Below the pieces are notes generated by a model. That model ran no database searches, was not told where the DNA came from, and saw only the letters and a program-made list of their open reading frames with translations. Below are positions 29,910 through 40,264 of a DNA stretch of 64,000 bases, piece after piece; the first letter of the stretch is position 1, and each line of letters starts with the position of its first letter. The translations under genes and the position numbers were made by a program. Where the stretch lies: the NCBI GenBank assembly GCA_965207255.1, contig OZ242276.1:1017692-1081691 (forward strand), in the 5' to 3' direction. Source of the stretch: Bryobacterales bacterium. Its GTDB lineage: Bacteria > Acidobacteriota > Terriglobia > Bryobacterales > UBA6623.

Positions 29910-30320
29910 ATGGGACACAACATCTTTTTTGGCAACCTGCCGACTTGGGTCACGGCCGACGATATCAAGTCGTGGCTCGATAGCAGCGATTTGGTATGCG
30001 ACGCGGTCCGCGTCATCCGGGACTTCGAGACGCAGGAATCCAAGGGCTACGCCTTTGTCGAGGCTCCCAACGACGAGGAGATGCATGCCATCATCCGTCG
30101 CTTTAACCGGGCGCCGATCGACGGCAAGCTCCTGCGCGCCAAAGCTGCCCATCCCAAGGGCGAGCGCGACCGCAACCAAGGCAGCCGCAATGCTAGGCCC
30201 CAGCGAGGCGGGCGTCGTTCGCCGGAACGCCAGGCCAAGCCGCGCAAGGACAGGGAAGCCGCGGACAACAAGGTGGGCTCGGTCGGCGAGGCCCTGCGCA
30301 GGGCCCAGCAGGCCGAATAG
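29910..30320 (+). CDS. RRM-type RNA-binding protein with basic C-terminal tail
   Basis: RNP2 'IFFGNL' and RNP1 'KGYAFVE', followed by an Arg/Lys-rich tail. Confidence 0.8.
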   Translation: MGHNIFFGNLPTWVTADDIKSWLDSSDLVCDAVRVIRDFETQESKGYAFVEAPNDEEMHAIIRRFNRAPIDGKLLRAKAAHPKGERDRNQGSRNARPQRGGRRSPERQAKPRKDREAADNKVGSVGEALRRAQQAE

Positions 30321-30351
30321 CGCACCAACGCCTGTCGCTCGCGCCGCGCCG

Positions 30352-31686
30352 TCAAGCGGCCGGGCGTTTCTGGTATGACGGCGGAGCGTCCGGGTCGTTG
30401 CTGCCATCGCCCTCATAGCCGCGATGCCGGGGCTGGATCTCCGCCAAGATCCGCTCGGTCTGGGGGTCGAATCCGATCATGCGCCCGTCCCGGTAGGAAT
30501 CGACGCCCAAGCGGATGGCAACCATCACTTGATAGCCGAACCACGCGTCGAAAATCGGCTCTTGGCGCGTTCGCACGCACTGCAGGAAGTCCCGCATGTG
30601 CGCGGTCCGCGCCGTCTGCTGATCGCGGTTGTCGACTTCGACCTCGACCAAGTCCACGCCGACTTGCCGACGGAACTCTTCGGCATACAGTCGTTCAGGC
30701 CTCGCCCTGACCATGCCGGGATGTATCGAGATCGCGGCCCGCTGGCCGAACAGGGCCGGGCCGTGGAGCGTGTTGGGGGCTTGCGAGCCGCACGAACCGA
30801 CCAAGTTGATGACCAGATCGTCGTATTCGACAGTCGTCGAATACGTGTCCGGAACCTCGCGGTTTTGAAACAGGTAGATGCCGCCATGTGCGCTCACTCG
30901 CCGCGGAAAGCGCGGCCCCAACGCATACAGCAACGGGCTGAGCCGGTGGTACAGGAAGTCGGTTCCGATCCCGCCCGAGAAATCCCAGTACTTGCGCCAG
31001 CGGAAGAACCGCTCGCCGCTGAACGGCTGCTCGGGCGCACCGCCCAAGAAGCGCTGCCAATCCACGGTCGAGGAATTGGCCTCCTCGTCCACGTAGTACT
31101 GCCAGACTCCAGACGAGTGGTTCGACGAGTAGCTCGACTGGGCCATGACCACGCGCCCGGCCAAGCCGCTTTGCACCATCTCCCTGGCGCGCGCATATGC
31201 CGGGTCGGACACCCACTGGCTGCCCACTTGCAGGACCCGGCCTGTTTCCCGCGCGGTCTCGGCGATCGCCTTGGCCTCCGGGATCGTGCGTGACATCGGC
31301 TTTTCGAGGTAGACGTCCTTCCCCGCACGCATGGCGTCGATCGCCATTCTGGCGTGCAGGTGGTCCGGCGTGCAGATCACTACCGCATCCACGTCAGCGC
31401 GGGCAAGCAGGTCCTCATAGGCATGGTGAATATCGCGGTCGGCTAGGCCGATGAGTTCCTTGGCGCGGAACTTGGCGCGGTCGTAGATGTCGCTGGCGGC
31501 AACCACATCAACGCTGCCGTCGCGGCGCATCATCGGCAACAGCCGCCGCTGGAGGTGCCGCGTGCCGATATTGCCGACGCCGATGATTCCTACGCTGATG
31601 CGGTCGTTGGCACCGGCCACCCGGACAGCAGACGCGGCGAGGGCGCTGCCAATCAGGGACCGGCGTGCTAGGGCGGGCGGTTTCAT
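30352..31686 (-). CDS. Tat-signal Gfo/Idh/MocA family oxidoreductase
   Basis: 'RRSLIGSALAAS' leader and the Rossmann motif 'ISVGIIGVGNIG'. Confidence 0.8.
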   Translation of the reverse strand: MKPPALARRSLIGSALAASAVRVAGANDRISVGIIGVGNIGTRHLQRRLLPMMRRDGSVDVVAASDIYDRAKFRAKELIGLADRDIHHAYEDLLARADVDAVVICTPDHLHARMAIDAMRAGKDVYLEKPMSRTIPEAKAIAETARETGRVLQVGSQWVSDPAYARAREMVQSGLAGRVVMAQSSYSSNHSSGVWQYYVDEEANSSTVDWQRFLGGAPEQPFSGERFFRWRKYWDFSGGIGTDFLYHRLSPLLYALGPRFPRRVSAHGGIYLFQNREVPDTYSTTVEYDDLVINLVGSCGSQAPNTLHGPALFGQRAAISIHPGMVRARPERLYAEEFRRQVGVDLVEVEVDNRDQQTARTAHMRDFLQCVRTRQEPIFDAWFGYQVMVAIRLGVDSYRDGRMIGFDPQTERILAEIQPRHRGYEGDGSNDPDAPPSYQKRPAA

Positions 31687-31742
31687 GGCAAGTACATTCT
31701 GTCACAGCAGAACGCTAGCGCCACCCGTGGTGGCCGGCGGAT

Positions 31743-32492
31743 CTAGAGCGATCGCAGCATGCGCTCGGCCCGCTCGATTCCGGGGAAGCGCTGCTCATCG
31801 GCCAAGAACCCCGGCGTATGCACACAGCGGCCAGTCTCGCGCAACTGCACGGGATGCTTGACGTGTAGCATTTCGTGGTACAGCACGTATTCCAAGGCCA
31901 GCGGCGGCACGGCCTCACGGTCAAGGATTCTGCTAATCACGATCGCGTCATGAGCGATGTCGTAATGTCCGAGTCTCCTCCGCGATGCCCGGGGGCTCCA
32001 GCCCAACTTTGGCTTGTGCAAACTACCCGCGAAGTGCTGCGCATTCAGCCGGTCGAAGAGGCCATCGAGGTCGTATACCTCTCCGACCGGCGGCAACAGT
32101 TGCTTGCGGCCCCGCTGCTTGCGTATCTCCAGCATGCTCTGCTGCGTTTGAGGTGTGTGGACCCAGCGGTTGTACTCGTCTCTCACGGCGCTGGAAACGC
32201 GCTTGCGGTACAGCTTGGACAGAAGGATCGTGGCTAGCGCTTGGACAACCTCGGGCGGTGCTTGCTTGACTAGGTCGGAGACCTCCGCCCGGATGGTCCC
32301 CGTCGCGGCTTCAAAGCGAATGGTGGACTTCAATTTGGCGAAGCAACGATAGCGCACGTCGAAAGTCGGCGGTGCCGTGCGGGGCTTCAATTGGCGGAAG
32401 GCCTGCCGAAAGAGGTCCGCTGGCTCTTCAGTCCGCAACAGCAGTTGGGGCGGAGGCTCGACGCTCTCGGCGCGCTTGGCCGCTTGGGACAT
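31743..32492 (-). CDS. SprT-like zinc metallopeptidase-domain protein
   Basis: 'YVLYHEMLHVKH' HExxH motif in a SprT-like context ('LGHYD...I.IS..L'). Confidence 0.6.
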   Translation of the reverse strand: MSQAAKRAESVEPPPQLLLRTEEPADLFRQAFRQLKPRTAPPTFDVRYRCFAKLKSTIRFEAATGTIRAEVSDLVKQAPPEVVQALATILLSKLYRKRVSSAVRDEYNRWVHTPQTQQSMLEIRKQRGRKQLLPPVGEVYDLDGLFDRLNAQHFAGSLHKPKLGWSPRASRRRLGHYDIAHDAIVISRILDREAVPPLALEYVLYHEMLHVKHPVQLRETGRCVHTPGFLADEQRFPGIERAERMLRSL

Positions 32493-32517
32493 CGCTCACA
32501 CGCCAACAGGCATGGCG

Positions 32518-33138
32518 CTAGCGTTTGGCAGCACTCGTGCGCTGTGCGACATAGTCCTCGTAGCGCCGGTGAACCAACACGTGGAATGTGGGCTGCTGGA
32601 ACTCCTCGATCGCATAGAGGTACTTCTTCGAGCGCAGTTGGTACAACACGTTGCGCACCCAATCTTGTTGGCTGCGCGTCATGCCCTTCTTTGAGATATC
32701 AAGACAGGCACCGGTAAGGTGGGCGGATGCCTTGGGACCGCTGGCAGCGGCCGCATTGCCGTTGCGACGCGCCAACTGGCGCTGATAGCTGACCGTCCGC
32801 ACCAAGCTCGTCACACGCAGCGGTCGGCCGAAGCGGGCGCGAAACTGGTTGGCCAGCCGCTCCAGCAGCAGCCGCGCCCAAGGTCTTAAGTAGCGATAGT
32901 CGGAAGGCACCGCATGCAGGTAGTAGTCCCTCGTCTTTTCCTTGACTGGAACCAGCAGTTCCAAGCGGGTCCAGCGCTGAAGCATCTCCTTGTCTTGCAT
33001 CCGCGAGAGATGATCATCGTCGGCAAGGCGGTTCTGGTCGGCTTGAGACTGCGAGGTCGCCCGCAAACTTGGTGCGGCATGGGCCGCAACGGAGGCAGCC
33101 AACACTATTCCGAACAGGACTGGAACCAGACTCCGCAT
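32518..33138 (-). CDS. Secreted protein with peptidase-M15/VanY-like motif
   Basis: Signal peptide. 'SAHLTGACLDIS' resembles the S.H..G.A.D metal-binding block of M15 peptidases. Confidence 0.45.
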   Translation of the reverse strand: MRSLVPVLFGIVLAASVAAHAAPSLRATSQSQADQNRLADDDHLSRMQDKEMLQRWTRLELLVPVKEKTRDYYLHAVPSDYRYLRPWARLLLERLANQFRARFGRPLRVTSLVRTVSYQRQLARRNGNAAAASGPKASAHLTGACLDISKKGMTRSQQDWVRNVLYQLRSKKYLYAIEEFQQPTFHVLVHRRYEDYVAQRTSAAKR

Positions 33139-33347
33139 ATATAAGAAATACCACACGACGACTCAGGACGGCCCTTTTCCTCTAGGGCGATTTGCCCTCA
33201 TGCGGGACGGATCAATTGAAATTCGGCCCGGACCGCAGCGTCATGACAACCATCTAGGCCGAGCGCAAACGTGTGACCGGCCACACCCGCGTGTCCTAGA
33301 CTAATTGCGGCGGACTGGCGCTTGCGCCAGAGTTTCTCGGGGCATGC

Positions 33348-35111
33348 ATGCGGGTAGGCGCAGGGAACACATCGGCCGGGCCTAGGGATTCCCAACCGCT
33401 TGGCGCCGGACGAGCGGTCTTCGGCATTGCGGCTTCGCCCTGCATCGCTGTCGCTCTCGCCTTTCCGCCCAGCTTGTGCGCCGAGCCCGGCTGGGTCGCA
33501 GAAACGCCACACTTCCGAGTTCTCGCACGCGAAGCTCCGGGCATTGACGCGACGACCATCGGACTCGCCGCCACCGTTCTGGAGCAGATTCGTCAGCAGT
33601 TCCACCTCGTCGGTGCGGGCCTGCCCGAGAGGGCCGATGGCCCGCTGGAAGTGCTCGTGGTCCCCAACAAGCTGGAGCTGCATGAGTTGCTACGCGAACC
33701 TCCGGGCTCCCCGACGCGCGGCATCACGGTGGGCGGGCTCGACCGAGACTATGTCGCGGTACCGTGGCACGAGATCCCGGGCCCTCAGATCACGCTTGCG
33801 CACGAATACGCGCATCAGCTCGACGGTCCCGACTGGCCGCTCTGGTTTCGCGAGGGCCGGGCAGTGTATCTGGCCCGCCGGACGGCGCCCCTGTCCGGCC
33901 AAGACTCGCGCGCAGCGCTGGTCGCGATGATGGACCGCTCAACATGGCTCGACTGGGACGCCATGCTGCGGGCCCGGAGCGACAGCGCCATCGCCGGCAA
34001 CAACCTGTTTCAGGCGCAGTCTTGGCTACTCGTCCATTGGCTGGCGGCGCAAGGCACACCTTTGGCACGGCTGACGCCGGGCCACGGCAGCGCTGCGCTG
34101 GCAGAGCTGGGGCCCGAGCGACTATCGACCGTGCTGCGAGAGCATCTCGCGACCCTGCGCCAAGGAGGGCTCGAAGAGCTCGCAGGCCTGCCCCCGACCC
34201 TCATCGAAGCCAAGACTCGGGCGGCGGCGGAATGGGAGTTGCCCCTGCTGCGGGCCGAGATCCAGCGGGAGCTGCGATTCTTCGATACCGCCGAGCGACA
34301 ATTGCGCTCCATCGCCGAGCGCTTCCCCGAAGCCGCCCGCGCCCATGCCGGCCATGCCAGCATGGCCCTCATCCGCGGCAATCTTGATGCGGCCGAAAGA
34401 TCCTTCCGGATGGCAATCGAACTGGGCGACCGCCGCTCCCGCACGTCCTATCGCTATGCCCTGCTGATGATGCGTCCGGGCGGTGAGGGCCGAATTCGTG
34501 CTGAAGCCGCGCTCAGCGCTGCGATGCGGGCCAGGCAAGCGGATCCATCTGAACCAGTCCACCAGCTAGCCGTCGCCCATGCTCGCATGCTCTTGGAAGA
34601 CTGGAACGGCGCTTTCGCCGAACTCCGCAAACTGGCACGGTTCCGCGGTTGGTCAGCGCGGGCCGGCAAAGAAGCAGCCGAGGTCGTTCGCCGCAGGGTC
34701 CAATCGATCCGCACGGCGCAGGCCCCACTCTTCGCCGCGGAACGAAGGCCGATTCCCACGCTTCTCGCTGGCATGGCGGCAGTGGAGGGAGAGCCGGACC
34801 CATTCAAGCCCCGCGACACCACGACGAATCCACCCCTACGGCACACCTGGGCACCGCACGGGGCCTGGATTGCACACGGTAGGATCGCGTGGGTCGATTG
34901 CTCGACAAATGCCAAGACAGTGATCTTGCACTCTCCCTACAAGCGCTACGTGCTACGGGAGAACCCGAACAGGCCGCCGCTGCTGATCAACCGGCCGTTC
35001 CGTGCCAAGGCCATTCCCTGCAATACACGGGGATATGTCGTCAGGATCGCTTACCGCAAGCTCTCGGAGCGGGACGGCCCGCACGGCGAGATCGTCGGGA
35101 TCCACTTCTGA
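33348..35111 (+). CDS. Secreted HExxH metalloprotease-like protein with helical-repeat (TPR-like) region
   Basis: Signal-peptide-like N-terminus, 'LAHEYAHQL' motif, Ala/Arg-rich helical repeats. The start is uncertain. Confidence 0.55.
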   Translation: MRVGAGNTSAGPRDSQPLGAGRAVFGIAASPCIAVALAFPPSLCAEPGWVAETPHFRVLAREAPGIDATTIGLAATVLEQIRQQFHLVGAGLPERADGPLEVLVVPNKLELHELLREPPGSPTRGITVGGLDRDYVAVPWHEIPGPQITLAHEYAHQLDGPDWPLWFREGRAVYLARRTAPLSGQDSRAALVAMMDRSTWLDWDAMLRARSDSAIAGNNLFQAQSWLLVHWLAAQGTPLARLTPGHGSAALAELGPERLSTVLREHLATLRQGGLEELAGLPPTLIEAKTRAAAEWELPLLRAEIQRELRFFDTAERQLRSIAERFPEAARAHAGHASMALIRGNLDAAERSFRMAIELGDRRSRTSYRYALLMMRPGGEGRIRAEAALSAAMRARQADPSEPVHQLAVAHARMLLEDWNGAFAELRKLARFRGWSARAGKEAAEVVRRRVQSIRTAQAPLFAAERRPIPTLLAGMAAVEGEPDPFKPRDTTTNPPLRHTWAPHGAWIAHGRIAWVDCSTNAKTVILHSPYKRYVLRENPNRPPLLINRPFRAKAIPCNTRGYVVRIAYRKLSERDGPHGEIVGIHF

Positions 35112-35120
35112 GCGCGGCAG

Positions 35121-35804
35121 CTACATGATCCCGTACTTGGCAAACGCCTCTTGGCTCGCCATCCCAGCCGCGATCTCGCGCTGAACAACCTTCTCGCCGC
35201 GCACCTTCTCCAGAGCCTTGACGAAGATCTCGTCCTCGCGGCGGCGCGGAGCGATGCACACGCCATCGCGATCGCCGATCACGATGTCGCCGGGCTCGAT
35301 GTGGGCCTGCCCGATTTGGATCGGCACGCGGAAGTCGACCACATGGCCGCGCGGCCGCTGGTCCTGAGCATAAGAGCCGTAGCCAAACGTCGGAAAACCC
35401 AGCGAGGCGATTCCGTCCGTGTCGCGATAGTACCCGTCCAGCACGGCCCCGGCCGCACCCAGCACCTGCGCCCGCGTCGTCATCAGCTCGCCCCACAAGG
35501 CGTAGCTCGGCGAACCGCCGCTGCACACGTAGACCTCAGCCCGCCGCAAGTCATCGAGCGCTTCCAGCATCCTTCCGAACGGCGGCAGAGCACCGCTCTC
35601 GCTGGCTCCAAGATCTAGATCCGCCACCCGTACCGGCATCGCCCGGCCAATCACGCGCAGGCTCGGATCAAGAGGCCGGATTTCGGGCGGCAGAAACTGA
35701 TGAACCAGCCCGATCTCGTCCATCACATCGCCGACAACCGCGGAGAACAACTCGTTCGAGGCGAGTTCGAACAGTTCAGTGTCGGTCTGCCAAGGAAGTG
35801 CCAA
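35121..35804 (-). CDS. RraA-family protein (RraA / HMG-CHA aldolase-like)
   Basis: 'GELMTTRAQVLGAAGAVLDGYYRD' matches the RraA-like core. A TTG start is assumed so that it does not overlap the upstream gene. Confidence 0.7.
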   Translation of the reverse strand: MALPWQTDTELFELASNELFSAVVGDVMDEIGLVHQFLPPEIRPLDPSLRVIGRAMPVRVADLDLGASESGALPPFGRMLEALDDLRRAEVYVCSGGSPSYALWGELMTTRAQVLGAAGAVLDGYYRDTDGIASLGFPTFGYGSYAQDQRPRGHVVDFRVPIQIGQAHIEPGDIVIGDRDGVCIAPRRREDEIFVKALEKVRGEKVVQREIAAGMASQEAFAKYGIM

Positions 35805-35808
35805 TGCC

Positions 35809-36735
35809 TCAATCCTCCCGGGCGGACCTAGACGGCGACACGGCGGACATTTCCAGTTCGGGGGCGTATTGCGTGATGCGGTCCAAGACGAGCCGGGCGC
35901 GGCGGACGCGCTCCTTCGAAAGGGCAATCGCGGTGGATTCGATGTGCGTGCCGCTGGGGTAGATGTCGGGCGCGTTGCGCAATCCCAGCTTCACGTACAA
36001 CGGTGCGCCGACGCGGATGAAGTCGGGAACTTCGTAGTGGCGCACGAAGCCCCCGATGTTGTCCGGCGCTTCCACGTAGAGATCGATCGGGGCATCAATC
36101 GCGGCTCGAATGGCAGCCAGTTGCGGCAGCGTGAGATCGGACGGCACGTTGATCGTGGTTGCCCCGAGATCCTCAAGGACGCGAGCTGAAGCCGGATTCG
36201 CGGGAGCCATCATGACCGAAGTCTTCAGGATTAGGTCGTCCGGCACGTCCCCTGAACGCTTCAAACGGCCCAATATCTGGAGCAGTCCAATATCCGAGAC
36301 CAAGACGCTGCGGATGCCCAAGCGCACCGCCCGCCGCACATCTTCAACGGCGTAGACGAGCTGGTCGCTGCCCCGCAAACTCAGGCCCAAGGCCTTGCCC
36401 GCGGCAGCGTAGACCTGTGCTCCGATGTCGAAGGTCGCTCGCGGGCCCACGAAGAGATTGACCTCGATGCCCCCGTGCCCGCCCAGCAAGACCATCTCGC
36501 AAATCTCGTCGTCGGTGAGCAGCATGATCCCGCTGCCCTGACTCACCCGGTGCAGCGGCACATTCCGCGCGTCCGCTTCGGAAATGACCGCGGCCAATGC
36601 GGCCGGCCCCTCGGTGCTGGGGATCTCGATCCGATACTGTGCGCCGTCGTCGAAACGCTTGGCCGATGCCGGAGGAGGCATTGGATCTGCCGCGGGCAAG
36701 CCTAGGCTGGCCAGTGATTCCCTTGTGTTCGTCAT
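35809..36735 (-). CDS. Conserved hypothetical, U32-peptidase-like TIM-barrel region (tentative)
   Basis: 'GIRSVLVSDIGLLQIL....P.DLILKTSV...P.N.ASARVLEDLGATTINVP.DL.L.QL..IR' resembles the U32 N-terminal domain pattern. Confidence 0.45.
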   Translation of the reverse strand: MTNTRESLASLGLPAADPMPPPASAKRFDDGAQYRIEIPSTEGPAALAAVISEADARNVPLHRVSQGSGIMLLTDDEICEMVLLGGHGGIEVNLFVGPRATFDIGAQVYAAAGKALGLSLRGSDQLVYAVEDVRRAVRLGIRSVLVSDIGLLQILGRLKRSGDVPDDLILKTSVMMAPANPASARVLEDLGATTINVPSDLTLPQLAAIRAAIDAPIDLYVEAPDNIGGFVRHYEVPDFIRVGAPLYVKLGLRNAPDIYPSGTHIESTAIALSKERVRRARLVLDRITQYAPELEMSAVSPSRSARED

Positions 36736-37649
36736 CGCTGCTGCGACATATTCTTCACAACCAGCCCGGTGCGGTCAAGGTGCGGGAAGATCACCTCGGT
36801 CTGGCAACCTGCCTTCTCGAACTCCCGGGCGACGGCACGGACCGCATCTTCTCGGCCCGTCTCGTACAGCACGAGTACCGCCGGACCCGCACCGCTCAGG
36901 GCACAGCCCAGCAGCCCCGGCACTCGCAGGCTGAGGATGGCATCCAAGCCCGGAACATATCCTGACCGATAGGGCTGGTGCAAGCGATCTTCGAATGCGA
37001 CCGGAAACGCGTCGCGATCACCCTCCAGCAGTGCCGCCACCAGCAGCGTGGCGCGCTGGATGTTGAAGATAGCGTCCGCGCGGGAGTAGCTGTCCGGCAG
37101 CGCATCCCGCATTCTAAGCGTGGATAGTTCGAAGTCCGGGCAGACCACCGCCACCGAAAACGCCCTCGGCACTTCCAGCCTCACGGCCCGCGTCACCCCG
37201 TCCGCACCAATGGCCGCGGTCGTAACCGAGCCGAGGACCGCGGCGGAGACGTTATCGGGATGCCCCTCGATGCGAGCGGCCTCATCCAGCAAGCGGTGCT
37301 CGTCCCAGTTCATGCCAAGGACGCGATCTGCCAGCACGACACCGACCACGAGCGCAGCGGCGCTGGAGCCCAGCCCCTTGCCGACCGGGATTTCGTTCTC
37401 AATTTCCAGATAGACCGGGGGCAGCTCTCGTCCCTGCGCTTCCGCCACCTCTCGCGCAGTTTTGAGGATCAGGTTCTTCGATTCGGCCGGGATGCTCTCG
37501 GTATCCCGTCCGCTGACACGCACGACATCCTCGGCGGCGATCCGAAAGCGACAGTGCAGATAGATGCCTAGGGCCAGCCCTAGGGTGTCGAAGCCGGGTC
37601 CCAGGTTCGCGCTTGAGGCCGGCACGCGAACCTCGGTCAGCGCGCTCAT
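36732..37649 (-). CDS. thrB: Homoserine kinase
   Basis: 'VRVPASSANLGPGFD' and GHMP motif 'PVGKGLGSSAAA'. Confidence 0.85.
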   Translation of the reverse strand: MSALTEVRVPASSANLGPGFDTLGLALGIYLHCRFRIAAEDVVRVSGRDTESIPAESKNLILKTAREVAEAQGRELPPVYLEIENEIPVGKGLGSSAAALVVGVVLADRVLGMNWDEHRLLDEAARIEGHPDNVSAAVLGSVTTAAIGADGVTRAVRLEVPRAFSVAVVCPDFELSTLRMRDALPDSYSRADAIFNIQRATLLVAALLEGDRDAFPVAFEDRLHQPYRSGYVPGLDAILSLRVPGLLGCALSGAGPAVLVLYETGREDAVRAVAREFEKAGCQTEVIFPHLDRTGLVVKNMSQQR

Positions 37650-37737
37650 AAGCCGCGATTATAGCCCAGCGAGTCCAGCCGGCCGCGCATGCCGCCGAAC
37701 CGCCGGAGACGGATTGCAACTGATAAATGCAAGCAAA

Positions 37738-39390
37738 TCAACGAAATGCGATGAAGAAGACCGCAGCCGCAGCGGCGATCAACAGCAGGGTGCTGCGTTC
37801 GGGATGCCAGCGCCTCGGCGCGGGCTCGGGCAGGGCGGATTGGCTTGCGACTGCCGCGCGGGAGCGTTCCAGCCAACCATCGCCGCTGCCGCGGTAGCGC
37901 TCACCGCGCCGACAGCTGGCCAGAGTCAGCCCGCGCACAGCTGCGGGGTCCGCCGGACCGAGTGCGACCGTGCATGCCGCCATGGCACCGCCCGTCACAG
38001 CTACCGCCCACAAATAGCTCCACCAAACATTGGTCAGCAATGCGGGCAAGTGCCAATCCAGGCGGTCTCCCAGCATCGAAACGAGTCCGCACAAGACCCC
38101 GGCGAGCATGCCGACTATCCCTGCGCGAGGATGCGCCCGGGTCCACGCTCCTACCGCGAACACAGTGGCCAGGGGCACGACAGCGACGCTGGACAGCCGC
38201 AGGTAGAAGGCGACCATGCCTTGGCCGAGGAACGGGATGTAAAGGAAAGACAGCGCGACACAGACCACTGCGGCCACGCGCGTGACCGTTAGAGTTGTGC
38301 GCTCCTGCGCATGCGGAGCCAAGAAGCGGCAATACACGTCCCGGGTGAAGACAGCACCGAGGGCTGACCCGATCGAGTCGTAGGTCGATATGCAGGCTGC
38401 TAGCACACCAGCCAACACCAGACCTGCCAAGGGACCGTCCAAGAAGTCGACGAAAATCTGTGGGAACGCGGCGTCAACGTGCTCGAGATCGGGATACAGG
38501 GCGCGGCTCATAATGCCGAGGGAGACGTTACACCACATGACCGCGATCAGCGCGGCGGAGGCGATCACCACGGCCGCCCGCATGTCCCATGCGCTGCGGG
38601 CCCCTAGGAGGCGCATCGACTGGGAGTGGTTGACGATGCAGTAGGCGGCATGCACCGCGATCCAGCCGAACAGCACCAGCGCCAGCGGTGTTCCCGGGTC
38701 GGAGAGCCCGCCGTAAGACAGCATTTGTGCCGGCAGTTCCGGGTCCGCCGCAGCCAGCCGGCCGCGCAGTGCGGCCCAGCCGCCGATCCCGCGCCAGACC
38801 ACGGCCCACAGCAGGCCCGACGCGATGACGATCATGACAGTCTGTAGCGAGTCCGTCGCCACCACTGCCCGCAAGCCGCCGCTCGCCGTGTAAACCGCCG
38901 CCAGAACTGCCAGGCCGACCACGAGCCACCACGCGGCGGCGCCCCAACCGGTGATCACGCCCAGCAGAAGGAATAGCGAGAACGCCATGTTGCCCATCAC
39001 ATTGGTGCGCTGCTGGATCTGGACCAGAGCCCCGATCAAGCGCATGCCCGGCCCGAACCGCGCCTCGAGATACTCGGCATTGGTGAAGAAGCCCGCGCGG
39101 TAGATCGGCACCAGCACAACACCCGTGGCCAGCAACCAGCCAAGCGGGATGCCCAGCCACCACGTGGAAAGGTAGGCAATGCCGTACTGGTAGGCGCCAC
39201 CGACCACCGCAACGAAATCCCCGCTGTCGATCGCGGTCGCAAACAGCGACAGGCCGATGGCGGGCCAAGCCAAGCTGCGAGAAGCGAGTTGCCAGTCCGC
39301 GACGCTGCTGGGGCGCTGCGAGCGCAGCCACCCCGCGGCGACCATGGCTGCGTTGATGCCCAGCGCCAGGATCCAGCCGAGCAGTGTCAT
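37738..39390 (-). CDS. Sodium:solute symporter family transporter
   Basis: Polytopic membrane protein with SSF-like TM organisation. Confidence 0.75.
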   Translation of the reverse strand: MTLLGWILALGINAAMVAAGWLRSQRPSSVADWQLASRSLAWPAIGLSLFATAIDSGDFVAVVGGAYQYGIAYLSTWWLGIPLGWLLATGVVLVPIYRAGFFTNAEYLEARFGPGMRLIGALVQIQQRTNVMGNMAFSLFLLLGVITGWGAAAWWLVVGLAVLAAVYTASGGLRAVVATDSLQTVMIVIASGLLWAVVWRGIGGWAALRGRLAAADPELPAQMLSYGGLSDPGTPLALVLFGWIAVHAAYCIVNHSQSMRLLGARSAWDMRAAVVIASAALIAVMWCNVSLGIMSRALYPDLEHVDAAFPQIFVDFLDGPLAGLVLAGVLAACISTYDSIGSALGAVFTRDVYCRFLAPHAQERTTLTVTRVAAVVCVALSFLYIPFLGQGMVAFYLRLSSVAVVPLATVFAVGAWTRAHPRAGIVGMLAGVLCGLVSMLGDRLDWHLPALLTNVWWSYLWAVAVTGGAMAACTVALGPADPAAVRGLTLASCRRGERYRGSGDGWLERSRAAVASQSALPEPAPRRWHPERSTLLLIAAAAAVFFIAFR

Positions 39391-39413
39391 GCAGGCGGCG
39401 GGTATAGCCGTTC

Positions 39414-40226
39414 CTAATCTGCCGTCAACGCGGCGACGAACTTCGCCGCCTCCGCCCGGTGTGCCAGCACAGCGCTCTCCATCGACGGAAAGTCGGGCGG
39501 GTCATCGCACAGGTCCCAGTTGCCGAAACAATCGCGGCCTCGAACCAGGGCCGCCGTCTGCCCCCGCAGCAGCGGCTTGGCGTCAGGAGTGACGAAGCGA
39601 GCCGCAAATCCGATCCGCGGAGTGTCGGATCGGTTCGCGTGCGAGCCGTGGATCGCTCGCACGTGGTGCAGCGACATCTGGCCTGCCCGCAATTCGATAT
39701 CCACGACTTCGCCCTCGTCGTAGGGGACCTGAACCTCCTGGCCTCGCGTGAGTAGGTTGTCCTCGGCAAAGGTGTCGGCATGCGGCTGGATCGCCATACG
39801 GTGCGACCCCGGCAGCAGACGCATGCAGCCGTTCGCCCGCGTGCTGTCGGTGAGCGCTATCCAAGCGGTGGTCACCTCTCCTCCGTCCAAACCCCAGTAG
39901 GTGCCGTCTTGGTGCATGCTGACATAGCCGCTGTCCCGCGCCGGCTTCGGAAAGACCGATGCCGACCATAGCAAGATATCCCGGCCGAGCACGCATTCGA
40001 CCGCATCGAGCACCTTGCGATGCGTCGCCAGTTCCCATGCCCACTGGTAGAAGCGGTGGATCTCGCTCATCTGCACCGCCTTCGGAGCGCCGCCAAAAGC
40101 AGCGGCTGCCCGAAAATAGGCCGTCCGATATCGCCTCGTCTCGGGTGGTTCCAAGGCGTCGATGGGGCACAGCAGGCCCATCTCGCGGTAGCGGTCGCGT
40201 TGCGCGCGTGTGAGCGGAGGTTGCAC
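39414..40226 (-). CDS. Phytanoyl-CoA dioxygenase (PhyH) family Fe(II)/2-oxoglutarate oxygenase
   Basis: 'MHQDGTYW' (HxD) and distal 'HGSHANRS' motifs. Confidence 0.75.
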   Translation of the reverse strand: MQPPLTRAQRDRYREMGLLCPIDALEPPETRRYRTAYFRAAAAFGGAPKAVQMSEIHRFYQWAWELATHRKVLDAVECVLGRDILLWSASVFPKPARDSGYVSMHQDGTYWGLDGGEVTTAWIALTDSTRANGCMRLLPGSHRMAIQPHADTFAEDNLLTRGQEVQVPYDEGEVVDIELRAGQMSLHHVRAIHGSHANRSDTPRIGFAARFVTPDAKPLLRGQTAALVRGRDCFGNWDLCDDPPDFPSMESAVLAHRAEAAKFVAALTAD

Positions 40227-40264
40227 AGCTACGCCAACGGCACCATCATACGCCCGCGCGCAAC

